Shown in pieces: positions 44,276 to 58,699 of a stretch of DNA of 64,000 bases (positions are counted from its first letter, which is position 1; each line of letters starts with the position of its first letter). Source of the DNA: the human T2T-CHM13v2.0 reference genome, Homo sapiens; assembly GCF_009914755.1 (NCBI RefSeq), contig NC_060926.1; one strand, written 5' to 3'. A program made the translations under genes and the position numbers. The notes under the pieces are model-generated. The model was not told where the DNA came from. It did no database searches and saw only the letters and a list, made by a program, of their open reading frames with translations.

Positions 44276-45908
44276 TGGATTCAGATGCCAGGTGCAGCAC
44301 AGCTGCTTGCCACTCAGTTCCTTGCTGCCCCCAGGCTCCTATGCAAAGGGAAGACCACCTGAAGATTGCGATGGGCAATCCTTTCGACTCGGCCTCATGT
44401 GAATATTGATTTCCCCTGCTGCCTCTTGAAACTTCTGCATCAGGAATTACAACTTAGCAGCTCACTCAAAACCCAACTTTGAAATTCAGCGCCCTAGCCA
44501 GGAAAAACTATCTTCCTTTATCTTTGGTTTTCCTCAAAGTTAAAATCAGTGCCAAAGCTTTACTTGAGCTCAAGTTCACCCCTACGTTCAAAATAACAGC
44601 TTTCCTTTTCCCCTCATGTGAATCACTGCAACACAAGCCCAGGCTCTTGTATGAATATTTCAGCAGCTAAAGTGTTGCTGGCAGCAAAACATGCAATTCA
44701 TAGGCAGGAGACTGTGAGTCCCTCTTGCACCAGAGAAGGAAGGATGCATTTCATCTCAGTCCAAAAATAAAGGAAATACAATCTCTTCCTCTAGAAAGGT
44801 GACTCGAATATTGAATATCATAGGATCTTGTGAATCTAAGTGGCTGTTATTCCAAAAAGCGGGTTCTCTGTGGTATGAGTCATTCTCCAACATAAATGAA
44901 AAAAAAATTTCTTTAGAATAAAAGTAGTTTAAGTGAATTTTCAATTATTGCTTAGTCTAAAAGAACCCTGCCATATATCTAAAGCAATAATAGAATGACA
45001 TAGTCCCCCAAATGTATGTTTGGAATTTCTGTTATGGAAAATGTACGTATGGTCTAGGCGGAATGCCCTAATTTTCTTAGTAATTAGATGCAGAGACATC
45101 TAATTATTTGTCAGCCAGTGGATATAATTCCATTAGTCAGGGACAATATGGAGATAACAAGAAAAATATAGGTCTTTAAGACTTATCTTGTGAATTTAAT
45201 TAATTTTGCCCTCCTAATTTGGTTTATGATGAATTTGTCTACTGAAAAAGTAAAAAAAAAAAGCAGGTTAGATATTTTTAAATTCCTACACTTTCTATTT
45301 AAAGTGATTTGTTTCCAGAGTTAAAAAATTTTTAAGAATTTAAGTGTAAGGGTAGTAAGATAAAACTATTAAATATCAGGTTCCTGCTATGTGCTAGATC
45401 CTGAATAATGCTTTCTCACATATATTACTTCCTGTAACCTCGACAACAGACCCAGAGAGCAGAGATTTGTATGGAGGTCTGTGTCCAACTGCAGGTTCAT
45501 TAGGAAAATTACTTCTTATTCGTTCTGCAAATATATTTATTGTGTCTCTCCTAGATACTACTTGGTAATATGGGAACAACATTGAATAAGATGAATAGTT
45601 TCTTACTCTTGAACAAAAATTTCGGGAACTTAAGACAGTCTGTTAAAAATGTCAAATCTTTATCAATTTATAGCCAGAAAATACCAGAACTAGAAAGAAC
45701 TTCAGAATCAATTCAAAAGCATATTGTATGTAATGGTGTGGTTGGGCACATACCTCACCAGATATAAAAAAAAATACTTTTCAAGTAATAATTTAGTGCT
45801 AGTATATGGAAAGAAAAACAGAGCAATGGACCAGCTGAAAGTTCAGACACAATCCCACATAGGTATTAGGATTTAGTAAGCATTTCAATCAGAAGGCAAA
45901 AATAATAG

Positions 45909-46214
<306 letters not shown>

Positions 46215-46249
46215 CAAGAAGAGGTTATAAATCTTAATTGCTATCTCAC

Positions 46250-48290
46250 TGCTTATATAAAAACAAAAAGGTAGCTAGATCAATGATTTTCACAGTAAAA
46301 CGTTAAAACTCTAAAAACACTTCAGAAAAATAATGGATTTGTACATGCTGTTATTGAAGAAAGTTCAAGTAGGACCAAAAAAACCCCATAACAATAATGA
46401 TAAATTTGGCTATATAAAAATTGCACCAACTAAAAACATTATGAAGGGAAGGCTTAATTTTCATAATGTGGAGAGAAAATGCAGAAGTAAGAAAAAAGAT
46501 CTAAATGTCCACAACTCAAAAAAAAAAAGTGGTAAAACACTGAAGTATGTATTTCATACAAATAAGGAAAAATAAATGTCTTATAAATACCTGGAAGGTT
46601 GTAAAACAACACTCATGCTTATGAAAATGTAAATAAAAGCAAATAATTTTTCCACAGAAAATCAGAATTGGTAAGACATCACTTTCATATATTGTAGGTG
46701 GGTTTGTATTTGGTATAGAGGCTTTGAAAAAAAAACAGTGTTATTTATTAAAAATAAAGTGCACATGCTTTATAAAGTTTATCTTTTATTTTTAAGGGTT
46801 TTTAAAATCCATTTTAGAGTAGGAAGAACATGAAAACCCTACAAAATTCAGAAGGAATAAAAGTGACCTTCGTCTTGTAGTTTTTGTTTTCTTCCAACCT
46901 TACAAGTAATCTCTGCTCATATAAGCACATACACTTGAATTAGATCTTCTACACAAGTGAGAATATTCTTTTTGTAGCTTATCATGAAGATATTTCCATA
47001 TCTATTTATTTTAATCTGTGTGTTTTCTTGTTTGCTCATTTTAAAGGCTACATTAATTTTAAATCTGTAGATTAACCTCATCTAATTTAATGCATGGTTA
47101 AGTTGTTTCTAGTCTTCCTTATTACAAACTAACTCTATGGCATTTTGTAATGCATTAGCATATTTGTAGGGTCAATTATTAGTCATAGAACTGGTGATCC
47201 AAAAATATGTATATTTTGCTTTTGATAAATACTGCTGAATCTATTTTGACTACCATATGTGCACGTAAAATGTTTGTACCAAAAGGTCCACTGCAGCATT
47301 ATTGCGTTAAATCAAATGAATATTATGAATAATTAACCAATAAATTTTATAACATAAAAAGGATAAATTATTGACAAAAACACAACTCACTTGAACTGAC
47401 TCAAGAAGAAATGAAAATTCTGAGTAGCACTTCCTAAAAAAAGAATTTAGATTTGTAATTTTTTTTAAGTTTCCAGAAATAAAACTCCAGGTGCAATTTG
47501 CTTAATGTTTAGTGGTACCGTAAATTTAAGAAAAACATAATCTTTATACTACAAATATTTATTCAGAAAATAGAGGAAGAACAGATGCTTCCATTTTTTA
47601 GGACAACATAAAGATAACACCAAACCCAATAAATCTACTAAAAAAATTGAATAGTCTTCATAAACATAGAAACAAAAATCATAATCTGCAACAAAAATGT
47701 GTAATACAACACAACCAAGGGGATTAAATTTGCATTAATATTTAAAAATCATTGAGGCCAGGTGCTGTGGCTCATGCCTGTAATCCCAGCACTTTGGGAG
47801 GCCGAGGTGGGTGGATCACGAGTTCAGGAGTACCAGACCAGTCTGAACAATGTGGTGAAACCCCGTCTCTACTAAAAATACAAAAATTAGCCGGATATGG
47901 TGGCACGCACCTGTAATCCCAGCTACTCAGGAGGCTGAGCCAGGAGAATCGCTTAAATCCGGGAGGCAGAGGTTGCAGTGAGCCAAGATTGTCACACTGC
48001 ACTGCACTCCAGCCTGGGTGACAGAGTGAGACTCCATCTCAAAAGATTAAATAAATAAATAAATACTATGGAAATAATTCACTACATTATCAAAGTGAAG
48101 AAAATGATAATTTCAACAGATGCAAAACAATAATAACATTGGAAAACACTGAATACTTCTCTAAGATTAAAAACTTTCCAAAGACTGGGGATAGAAAGAT
48201 ACTCCTTTACTCTGATGAAGAGCATCTAGGGAAAATACACATTTATTTGCAGTATACTAAATACTTTCCCGTTAAGATGAAGAAGCTTTT
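46250..48290. mobile_element. Mixed old L1M fragments (mostly + strand; a - strand piece at ~46830-47240)
   Basis: 'tgataaatttggctatataaaaatt', 'aactgactcaagaagaaat', 'ataatttcaacagatgcaaaa'. Confidence 0.6.
47756..48065 (+). mobile_element. AluSg-like
   Basis: Full dimer, 'gatcacgag'; 5-nt slippage 'cactgcactgcactcc'. Confidence 0.93.
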
Positions 48291-49274
48291 TTCACGAGAG
48301 TTTCTGTCAAGCCAAATATTTGACTTAGTTATTATACCTGGCACATTGTTCTAAGGGATAGTGTTTCATGTAAGAATATATTTGCATTTACTTGGTGTTT
48401 ACTAAGAGGTCTTCTGGTGTGGAAAAGAACAGACATGTCTAAGGGAGTGCAGAAGCCCAATTGTGGTAGTCAGCTGTAGGACTTCTGTGAGAGAACTCTG
48501 CACAGAGGTGAAAAACCCAGGTAAACTGAGCCTGGTTTAGCTGAAGAGCCTATGGGTTGAGGCAGGGGTTGTTTCTGGGGTTAGAGTCAGGGCTGTTACT
48601 GGAGCCCATTCTAGCAGAGTTACTCTAAATGTGGACACCAGAGCCTCATGCATCAGTTAAAAGAGTTGTTTTGCCAATTTGTGCCATATGAGGAGGCCCA
48701 GTTTAACCTTCTGGGAGCTCCTCTTACAAAGCACATCGAAAAGCCAAGAGGGTCATCCTCCTTTTCTCTTCAATGCAACTGCAGAATTGCCAAGACCTGA
48801 GTCGCAGGCAGGTGCCTCGGCAGGGGCCTCAGAGCAGATGCAGGCTCCGGGGTGACCAGTGTGGAGGGCGTCGTGCCCATCAGAGCTGAGCTGGCTGAAG
48901 CACAGCAAACAGAACATTGTTTTTTATGTGGCAAAAATGATCTCTATGGACATGTCCATACAGGGTCAGTAAGTGGTAGATGGGGGCGACAAAACCGGTC
49001 TGTCATATCCCTTCCAGGTTAGTGTTCTTTCTTTGGAAACAGTTTTGCATCAAGCAGTTTCTGGGTCTTTACCTGGAGGGGCTGCCAGGTGAGTGCTGAA
49101 GAGATGTTAAGGCAGGCAAGCATTGCCCCACCTGGGCACTTTTCATTGACGGCTTCCCAAGCGTCACCCTAAGCCACAAAAACGACACTGAACAAAACAG
49201 TTTCACTTCACAAAGAAAACTCTGTCTCTTTGTTTTTCCTTCAGTAACCAAGCTGTTGTTATGGCACAACTTAC

Positions 49275-49440
49275 TAAAGGGAGGCGGCCCTTGTCCTTAG
49301 CATGACACACTAGTTTGTTAGCAGTGGACTCTTCACAGAATGTGGAGTCCGTGAGTTTAGGCGTGGGCAGCTCTCCCACCTCCACATCAGCCGTGACCAT
49401 CACGTTGTCACCGAGAGCTGCAGCTTCCCCCTCCTGGATC
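49275..49440 (-). other. Candidate internal exon (166 nt)
   Basis: Minus strand cttgttgtcctacag|GATCC...TTTA|gtaagt in a GC-richer unique island. Splice motifs only. Confidence 0.35.
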
Positions 49441-50161
49441 CTGTAGGACAACAAGCACGCCTCTCCTCTCCCAGAAGTGGGGCCCATGTCCCTCAGGGAG
49501 AGTTGCTGCTCCATCTGTGCCAATGAGGTGGTGACCCGAAGTGGAGACTCAATAAACCTAAAACAGCTGTCTCGCACGCAGTGGTGCAGGCTCTGAGAGG
49601 TGCATTTTGCTTTGACCCAGTCCTCTGTGGCCCAGTGTCTGTGTGTCTCTGAGAGCTGTCCTGGCCCACCAGTGGACTCATCCTAAAACAGAGCAGATTT
49701 CTGTCTATTCTGTCCTCTGCTGGGAATGCCCACGAAACATTCTGGGAAATGTCTTAAACAAATGCGCACATCATAGACTTTTAAATTGGAATCGTTTTTG
49801 TTCTTTTTTTTTCCTACTTTTTATGTGTTCTATTTTTTTTCTAGTTTGCAAAAGCACTATATTTGTTTTAAGTAAAAATGTAAAGGGCTGTGGAAGACTC
49901 TCCTCGTTGCCTTCCCTGCAGTCTTCCCCTCCCTCCACCCTCGTTTCCCCACTGCCAAGTTCTGCTTCCCACGGCAGACTCTGCAAAAATCCATCCTCAT
50001 TTTCTCAGCCTTTCTTGGACAAAGTGGTTTGAAAGCTGAAAGGAATACTGCTGAGGGGTTTTTGGCTTTTGTCAAAGCCTTGAGAGGGAGAAAGAGAAAG
50101 ACAAGCAGAGAAAGAGAGTGAGAGCGCCCTCTCTGCTTTTGGACATCATTACATAGGATGG

Positions 50162-50652
50162 TGTATTAGGATTCTCCAAAGAAATAGGACCAATAGGATT
50201 CATAGCTATATAAGAGGATATTTATTATGGAAATTGGTTCCTATGATTATGGAAGCTAAGAAATCCCACAATCTGTCATCTGCAACCTAGGGAACCATGA
50301 AAGCTGGTGGTGTAGTTCCCTCTGAGTCTGAAAATAGGGAGGGAAGGTGTAAGTCTTAGAATCTGAAGGCCAGAGAATCAGATGCTCCAATGTCAAAAGG
50401 CAGGAAAACATGGATATCAGAGCTCAACCGGAGAGAGCAAATTCACCCTTCCTTTCCTTTTTGTTCGATTTGGGACGTCAACAGATTGGATGATGCCCAG
50501 CTGCTTTGGCGAGGGTGATTTCATTCAGTCTACTGGCTCACTGCTAACCTCTTTGTGAAGCACTCTCACAGACACACCCTTAAATTATGTTTTACCAAAT
50601 ACTTGCGCATTCCTTAGACCACTCAACCTGACACATGCTATTAACCATCACA
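50162..50652 (-). mobile_element. MLT2B-like solo LTR
   Basis: 'tgtattaggattctcca'...'ttaaccatcaca'; perfect TSD gatgg (50157-50161, 50653-50657). Confidence 0.93.
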
Positions 50653-50939
50653 GATGGGATGTCGTGAGAGGGTGGTTACTTTGAAACCATGAGAATTGTG
50701 AGGGAACAACATGATGATGAAAGTCAACAGGCAGAAAAGGTCGGAACAAAGTTCTTTGGAGTTAATCACTTTGTTAGGGTTAAGCTATTTCTATTTAGGT
50801 AATCTGTTGCATGCAACTGAAAGCATTCTAATTGATTCATGGGTTCACTGTAACTAATGGCATATTGCAACGATTTAAAAAAATAAAAGGTAAAAAAAAA
50901 AAAAAAAACTCTACCCAAACCCCCAATCCTATTTCTTTA

Positions 50940-51375
50940 AGAATGCTGATCTTATATCCTACTGTATAGAATTCAATAGTTATCTCTATTTTCCTTCAAA
51001 CATATATATCCATATATACATGAATATATGGATTTCTCTCACTTGTTCTTATGAAACAGTACTATTCTATACACATTATTCTGAAATTTGCTTTCTCAGT
51101 TTGTATGGCTATGCCTCAAGGTCAACAAATACAGAGATAATCAATTTTAAATAACTACATACAATTCCATCCTACAAATTTAATAGAGATGAACATGTCT
51201 TCAAGCATTTCCCCAGTGACAGACAGTAAGGTTGCTATAGGTTAGGCCTCTGCAAATATTGCTGTAACAAATATTGTTATGCAGATATCCTTATATCCAA
51301 TAATATCTATAGGAGTGTTTCCCAAGAATGGTATTGCAGAATCAAAAGCATGCATTTTCAATTTTAATAGTTACT
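50940..51375 (-). mobile_element. L1ME-type fragment
   Basis: 'atactattctatacacattattctgaaatttgctttctca', 'tcccaagaatggtattgcagaatcaaaagcatgcatttt'. Confidence 0.65.
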
Positions 51376-52848
51376 GACTTTAAGTAGATAATACTCAACA
51401 AAATGGAACACCATCATATTCCTGGATTATATAGATATGTTTGTGAGTACCAAGGGCAGAATCAATCTGTTCCTTATATTATTTTCACTGTCTCCTTGCA
51501 AACACTAGCATATAATAACTATTACAATGACTATACCTATTGCTATTAGTCATCATCACGTATTACCTTTTTTGAATCAACCACCAAAATAAGTTTACTT
51601 TCAAAATTTACAATAACCTTATTAGTAGCTCTCCATTTAAAATGTCCAATGTCGCACAGCTAATAAGAAGTAAACCCAACATTTCAGACCAATTCTCTCC
51701 TGTGTCAGCGCTCACTCTTCCCTGATGAGCTGCCTGTGCTCATATGCAAATGAAGCACTATGGATATGAAGCCATCATTTTCCCCTCCCTTAAGAAAGGC
51801 CACCTCCCACACCAAATACTAAAGATAGATCAATGTCTTAAGAGGAATGGACTAAAAACTGAAAGAAATGCAGTTTAGCATAATGAAAGAACATTGGATT
51901 CAAAGATAGGAATCAAACTTTAATTCCAGGCTCATAAGCAAGTAGTTATTGAAAACTGCCAATCTTCCCTTTCACATACATGCGTAATTATATACATACA
52001 GAAATGTACATAATTACTTCCTTATTTGGAAAATGTAATGTAATTTGGAAAATGTACATAATTATACTTTTCTGACAACCTCCTGAGGTTGCTATGAGAA
52101 AAAATGGAGATAACACATTTAGAAATGCATTGTAAATTATAGTGCCAAATTAAAAGAAGATATATTATTTCTGTTATTCTCTCAAATTAATTTAATTTTA
52201 AATTTAGTACACAGAAATATCTTCCAAACAAATTATCTGATATATTAATATGATGCTATTGAGCTATCATGTTATTGTGTTATTATATCTGTTGGTTTCC
52301 AATCAATCACAACTCTCTTACTCTGAATTTCTCTCAAAATAATTTTCTCATTGAACTTCCTAGAAGTATTTCAGAGGGATATGTTGGACTCTGTCCGCAG
52401 CAATACTGTTTCATAGAATGCAATAATGAATTCTACCTGGCCATTTATTAAAACAATCTTCTGAAATGAAATTCAGTGAAGGCATTTTCTGAAGGACTAG
52501 ACTAGTAATATCAAAGCATACAAAATTTTAGTGAATTGGCCTGAGGCAAGAACAACATAAATACTTGGAAGCACAGAATAAATCATCTCCTGTGCATAGA
52601 AGTAATGTAGATTAATATATTTCAGAAAATATATATTTACCTTCTTCAATGTGACAGAGACAGACAATATTCTATGAGATCAGCTCTCTCAACCAAATAT
52701 TTGGTGAAAGGATAGGTGGAAGGCAATTTTGGAATCATCCTAAACCTCAATGTTCTTATTTGAATTATATGATAAAATGGCTACTTCAATCTGGTGGAAA
52801 GGATTAGTAAAATATGATATATTTTTATTATTACTATTTTGGCTGCTG

Positions 52849-52936
52849 TCACAGAACAGCCATTTAGCAAATAGTATCCTTATTCTCTTATTCACAGAAC
52901 AGCTATTTAGCAAATAGGATCCTTATTTTCTTATTC
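52849..52936. repeat. Tandem duplication, period 43 bp, 2 copies
   Basis: Copies start at 52849 and 52892; 3 mismatches. Confidence 0.95.
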
Positions 52937-53197
52937 CCTCTGTGTAATGTGCAACTCGTAAATCATTATGTACTACTTGTTATTATCAGCATGATATGCT
53001 TACAATCTATAATCTAGGAAAGCGTTTTCAGACCTTGAACACCATGTTTTTTACTTAGATGGAAGTTGTGAACAAATTTTCTCTGTTTAATATTTTATTT
53101 TTGACTTAGAAAGGAAAATTATTAGCTTCACATTTAAGATTAAATGAAAGAACTGAGAAGCCCAGCAATAACAGACTCAGGTAATGAAATAAGATGA

Positions 53198-53665
<468 letters not shown>

Positions 53666-54764
53666 TTAATTGTTTATTCTTATTTACCACATTGGGTATT
53701 GTGCTTTCCCATGAATAGCGATCAAAACAGCTTGATTTGCATACTTTCAAAACTACCTGGATGAAACTAATATGATTTTAATTTACTAACAGTTTAAATT
53801 CTTCTATGTGAAATAAACTTTTAAAAAAACAAATACAAAGGACAAAGAGTTGAAAGCAGTCAGCTGGCCGTGGTGACCATGCAAGCCTCACCCTCCACAC
53901 TTCTCCAGATGCTCACTTGCCTAAACACCACTTCTTCCCTATGTTCCTCACCTCTATACTCTTTCTCTCACAGATGCTAAAAACCTTATGAAGTTTATCA
54001 AAAGCTGATACTACATCTTTGCAGCCCTGGGTTAGATATTGACAAAATTAAATTAAATATGTTTCGATTTATAAATGATTATAGATGACTGAAAGAATCA
54101 AATTTTTTTTTTTTAGTTAAATTACTCCTTTGAAGAAGTTAATGCAAACCTTATAATACCAGGCTTGCAAAACAGATAAAAGAATAAGTATCTCCATAGA
54201 TTGCCTAAGGTAAAATGACCAGGTCATGTTTCTGTGTGACTTTCATACAACATCCCGAAAGCTCTTAAGTTTTTATTTCCTGTGATTGAAATGATCAGCA
54301 CTTGATAAAGGAAACACACTTTGAGTCTAATGGTGCTGATATCGCTCTTCCTGGAGTTAACTATAAAAGCCAACCACTAAGAAGCCACAGACTGAAACTT
54401 GCCCTCAATAAAAAAATAACAATAAAAGCAACAAAAATTAAACTTTCTTCAAGAGCCCTGGAAATCTTTTTAAAAATACTGAAATGGAGCAATGGAGCAA
54501 AGTAAGAGATTACTTTGGAAGTCTCCTGCCCTCTTTTTTATTTATTTTTACTTTTATGGAACTTTGTATCCTTCCTTGTTCTTCCAATTACGTAGCAATA
54601 AATTAAAATGTTCCCCTTGTTAAAAATTTAATCAGACTGTAACTGACTGATATAAGCACATCTACATTTCTGTGTTCACTGTATTTTACAAATAGCAATA
54701 AAGATATCTTTGAAGTTAGAAATCGAGAAACTATTTTGCTTACTTAAATTTGTAAGATTACTGA

Positions 54765-55085
<321 letters not shown>

Positions 55086-56489
55086 TAGCTTACTTTCTGT
55101 TTAATAGCTGTTTCTAATAATTTGATGGTAGTTATGTAGAAAAAAGAGAATTAACTTTCCTTTCAGTAATTTGATTCTTTCAACAGAGATTATTATGATT
55201 TATAATTGGCATATCTTCACATGGAAACCCAGTGCTTCTCCCTTTTCCATTTTTGAAGGAAAGACTGTTGCCTTTGGTTTCACACAGTGACACACCCGTG
55301 TCTACTACCTGTCGTCATCATGACTCTGAATTAGGGATGGCAAAGTCCTCCACATTTGAATTGATGAGATAGAGATGCAGATGATTTGCACAGGGCTAAG
55401 TAGCTAATTAGCAATAGTGATGGGATGAAAACTAAGCATAGTGCCTTCATTGCGTTCATAATTTCCCTACTCGGAAGTCCATTATGCTTTGGCTTCTCAG
55501 AGGATACAGCAGCTCTGGCGTGAGGGAGATACCTGTTTGCTAGCAAAACAAATATTCATTGTAATAACATAATAAATAGTAAAATAATTTTCACATTTTA
55601 CAGTGTGGGCATTGATTTGAAATGTAAGAATACCTAAATAAAACAAAATAACACTTTCATTGCATTAAAAGTAGCATGCATGGATAGGATTGATTGCTAT
55701 AAATATGATCAAATTTAGTAGTTGACACAGAAATGAAGACAGCATGTTTAAACTTCCAGAAGATTAATCAGAGCAGTGTTCAGATGGAGGTAGAGCTGGT
55801 GAGTGCTTGAGTGGAGGGATGCCTTAAAGAGGCTCAGCCAGCTCCTCTGTCCGAAGTCTTACGCAGTTCCTTCTGATCACACACCTAACACATAATTATG
55901 CAGACATCCTGAAAGACTCCATAACCTGAAAAAGTGACAAAGCTACTGGAAGACAAACTCAGGATCACAAACATGAGTTGTAATGTAATATATATTTTAA
56001 CCATGCTTATTTAACTTAGACCAATAATATAAGGTAGCTTTATGTGAATCGGCATGATTTCTTATTTGATTTTGCTTAAGTGTATAAAAAGATCATCACT
56101 CAAATTGAGAAGATTTTTATTCTTTACTATTATTTCAAATAATAATTCAGAATTATTCTTCAGTTTGTAGGTCAGAAATCTTCCCTGTAGTTATCTGGTT
56201 ATCTGTAACCTGTAAACCATATGACTACATCCTAAATCATGTCATGGATTTTTTTTTTCTTTTTTTTTTTTTACATTTGGCTTGGAAGATCTTTTTTTCT
56301 TTTTCCATAGTCTGTGTTCAGGCATTTCTAAAATGAAGATGTTTGAACATTTTTAAAATGTATATCTTATATGCTTCCTAAAGGGCTTCTTGACTATCAA
56401 ACAATGCAATATTGCTTAAGACAATGCGTGTGAAATCCTGAGACATTTTCCTCCTTGCTGGATACATTTACTTTCCATGTTTTCAGTCC

Positions 56490-57560
56490 ATCATAGCAGT
56501 GTTTACTGAGTGCTTGCTAAGTGAAAGGCACTCTAGGAGCTGTGGGAGAATACAGTGATACATCAGGGAAAATTCCTGTCCTCAAAGAGCTCTTGCTTGA
56601 CATGAAAATTCCGTGAGTGCTATTGTGTAAATTGACGTTCAAGTTTAGAAGAGGAAGAGATGACTTCTGGCTCTGGTGACCTGTGAAGTCTTCATCAAGG
56701 AAGAAACATTTAAATTAGGAATGGCAAGTTTTCAACTCCCACACTAAGAGGTGACAGTGAATTGTCTTAATCATGTTACACTCTCTGTACTTAGCACAAT
56801 GTCTTGCAATGTAGCACATACTGAACAATTATTTCTGAAATGAGTGAAAGAATGAATAAGTGAATAAACATAAAAGTGTGTATTGAAAAAAGAGGAAGTA
56901 ACAGAGCTCAAAAGGATTCTGGTTTTCTAAAGCATTGATATCTTCACCGTTGCCTAAAGAGCAAAATAATTTATAAAATGAAACAACCATGTGCTACATG
57001 GACTCTGACTTTTGTATGTACTTTTTGTGTTTTTTTTTCAGTGAGTCAAAAAGGATTAAAACTTGTCTTCCATTCTTAAAAATTTTCAGTGACAAAGAGT
57101 TTTCCTACTCAGAGAACTGAAATCATAGTGTGATACTTTCATTCATTCATTGCTTAGCAAGTAATAACTCATTAGCCGGCACTAGCTTTGTCTTTGGTTA
57201 TATAATACACAGATTAAACACAGCTGCTTACTTCTTAGAGCTTGAGTCTAGCAGGGGAGACAGACAAACACAACCAAAGCATAACAATTATGACAATAGC
57301 AAAACTTAGTCCTAGACACTCTGGAAAAATAAAACGAAAGGAAAACTACACAATCCTTGGAAATAATAGAAAAAGTTTTTAAGAAGTGTAAAATGTACAG
57401 AGATTCAAATTATAAGTAGATATTAAATTGTTAAAAGTCAATAAAGGAATTCTAAGCAGAAAGGCTATTATGTACGAAGTCTCAGTTATAACACAGAGTA
57501 AAGGAATTGAAGACAGGATAGGGAGTTTAGGAAGATGGCATTAGGGAAAATGAGGTTTTG
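56490..57560. mobile_element. L2 fragments (both orientations)
   Basis: 'tttactgagtgcttgctaagtgaaaggcactct', 'cttagcacaatgtcttgca...gaatgaat', 'ttcattcattcatt...gagcttgagtctagcaggggagacagac'. Confidence 0.7.
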
Positions 57561-57654
57561 AGAATCATGTTATCCTCAGCAATTCTACTCGAAATTGAAA
57601 GTGAAATAAAACTTCATATTAATAACATTAAGTATGTATTATTTTGCTTTAAAG

Positions 57655-57862
57655 CAGAAACTGGTAGATTTTTTGTAAAGATCCAGATAGTAAATATTTT
57701 AGGCTTTCCTCGTCACCTACGATCTGAACTGCATTTCTTCTTTATCATTTTATTGCTGTTTGTATGTTTTACAACCCTTAAAAACATGAAAACCATCTTA
57801 CCTCCCAGAAAAAACAGGCTAAGAGCTGATTTGGTTTACAGAAAGCAGGGTTGTGAGTCCTG
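57655..57862. mobile_element. MER58-type hAT element
   Basis: 'gtaaagatccagatagtaaatattttaggcttt', 'aaaaacaggc...gatttgg'. Confidence 0.8.
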
Positions 57863-58699
57863 CTTTTAGAGGATCTTAGCTATACGGTGTTTCTAAAATG
57901 CTGGGGTTTTCATTACGTGCTTCTAGCCCTTGCCTCCCTCCCTCCTTTCTCTCCCTCCATCCTTTCCTGCCCCTTGGTCTTGGAACATACACGGTTCCTC
58001 ACGCCATATGTGATCATTGCTTTGCCTGAGCTACTACAACTAATGACCACAATATTTTCTCCTTGTTTATACATTCGAGCATACTTAATTTTTATATGAA
58101 TATTTTTTGCAAAAGTAACAATGTTCATCTTGATACTTTGTGATTTAACTCCCCAAATCATGAGGAGGTCCTGGAAATTCTCTGTTGCCTTCTACGATGC
58201 TGTCCCCGTCTTCCTGGTTTCATTTTTGCCCTAAGGAAGGCGCTTGGCCAATTTCTATCTTCCATTGCTCCTCTGTCACCAGGATACCTAATCTCATAAA
58301 CCCAATGAACACGTCTTTGTATTCCCCAATTTTTTGTAGTCCTTCCCGCTTTCTCAAGTGTTAGCTTATGACTAAATAAATGAGTGACAGAAGTTGTTAA
58401 CCATATAAGCTTGGGATTCTAACAGATCCCCAATATTACCTTCTAGTTACGTGACATGAATAAGTTGCTAAATCATTACTGGCCTCCACCATCCCACGTA
58501 TAAAATTGGGATAGTCATAGTGGACTTCTGGGTAAGTGATGGACTGAATTTCAGCTCCCAGGTGGAAGCACAGAGCTACCACAAGAAAGATAGATGAAAA
58601 AAGTAAGTCTGTGGGTAGAAGCTAAATAGCTTTTTTAAATCTTTAGCTTTACATTATAATGTAAAATCATAATGTCTGACTAGGCTAAACACTCACCCA

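Noticed and set aside
51744-51751. Octamer motif ATGCAAAT
   Set aside because: An isolated 8-mer expected by chance in AT-rich DNA; it also occurs inside L1 sequence in this window.
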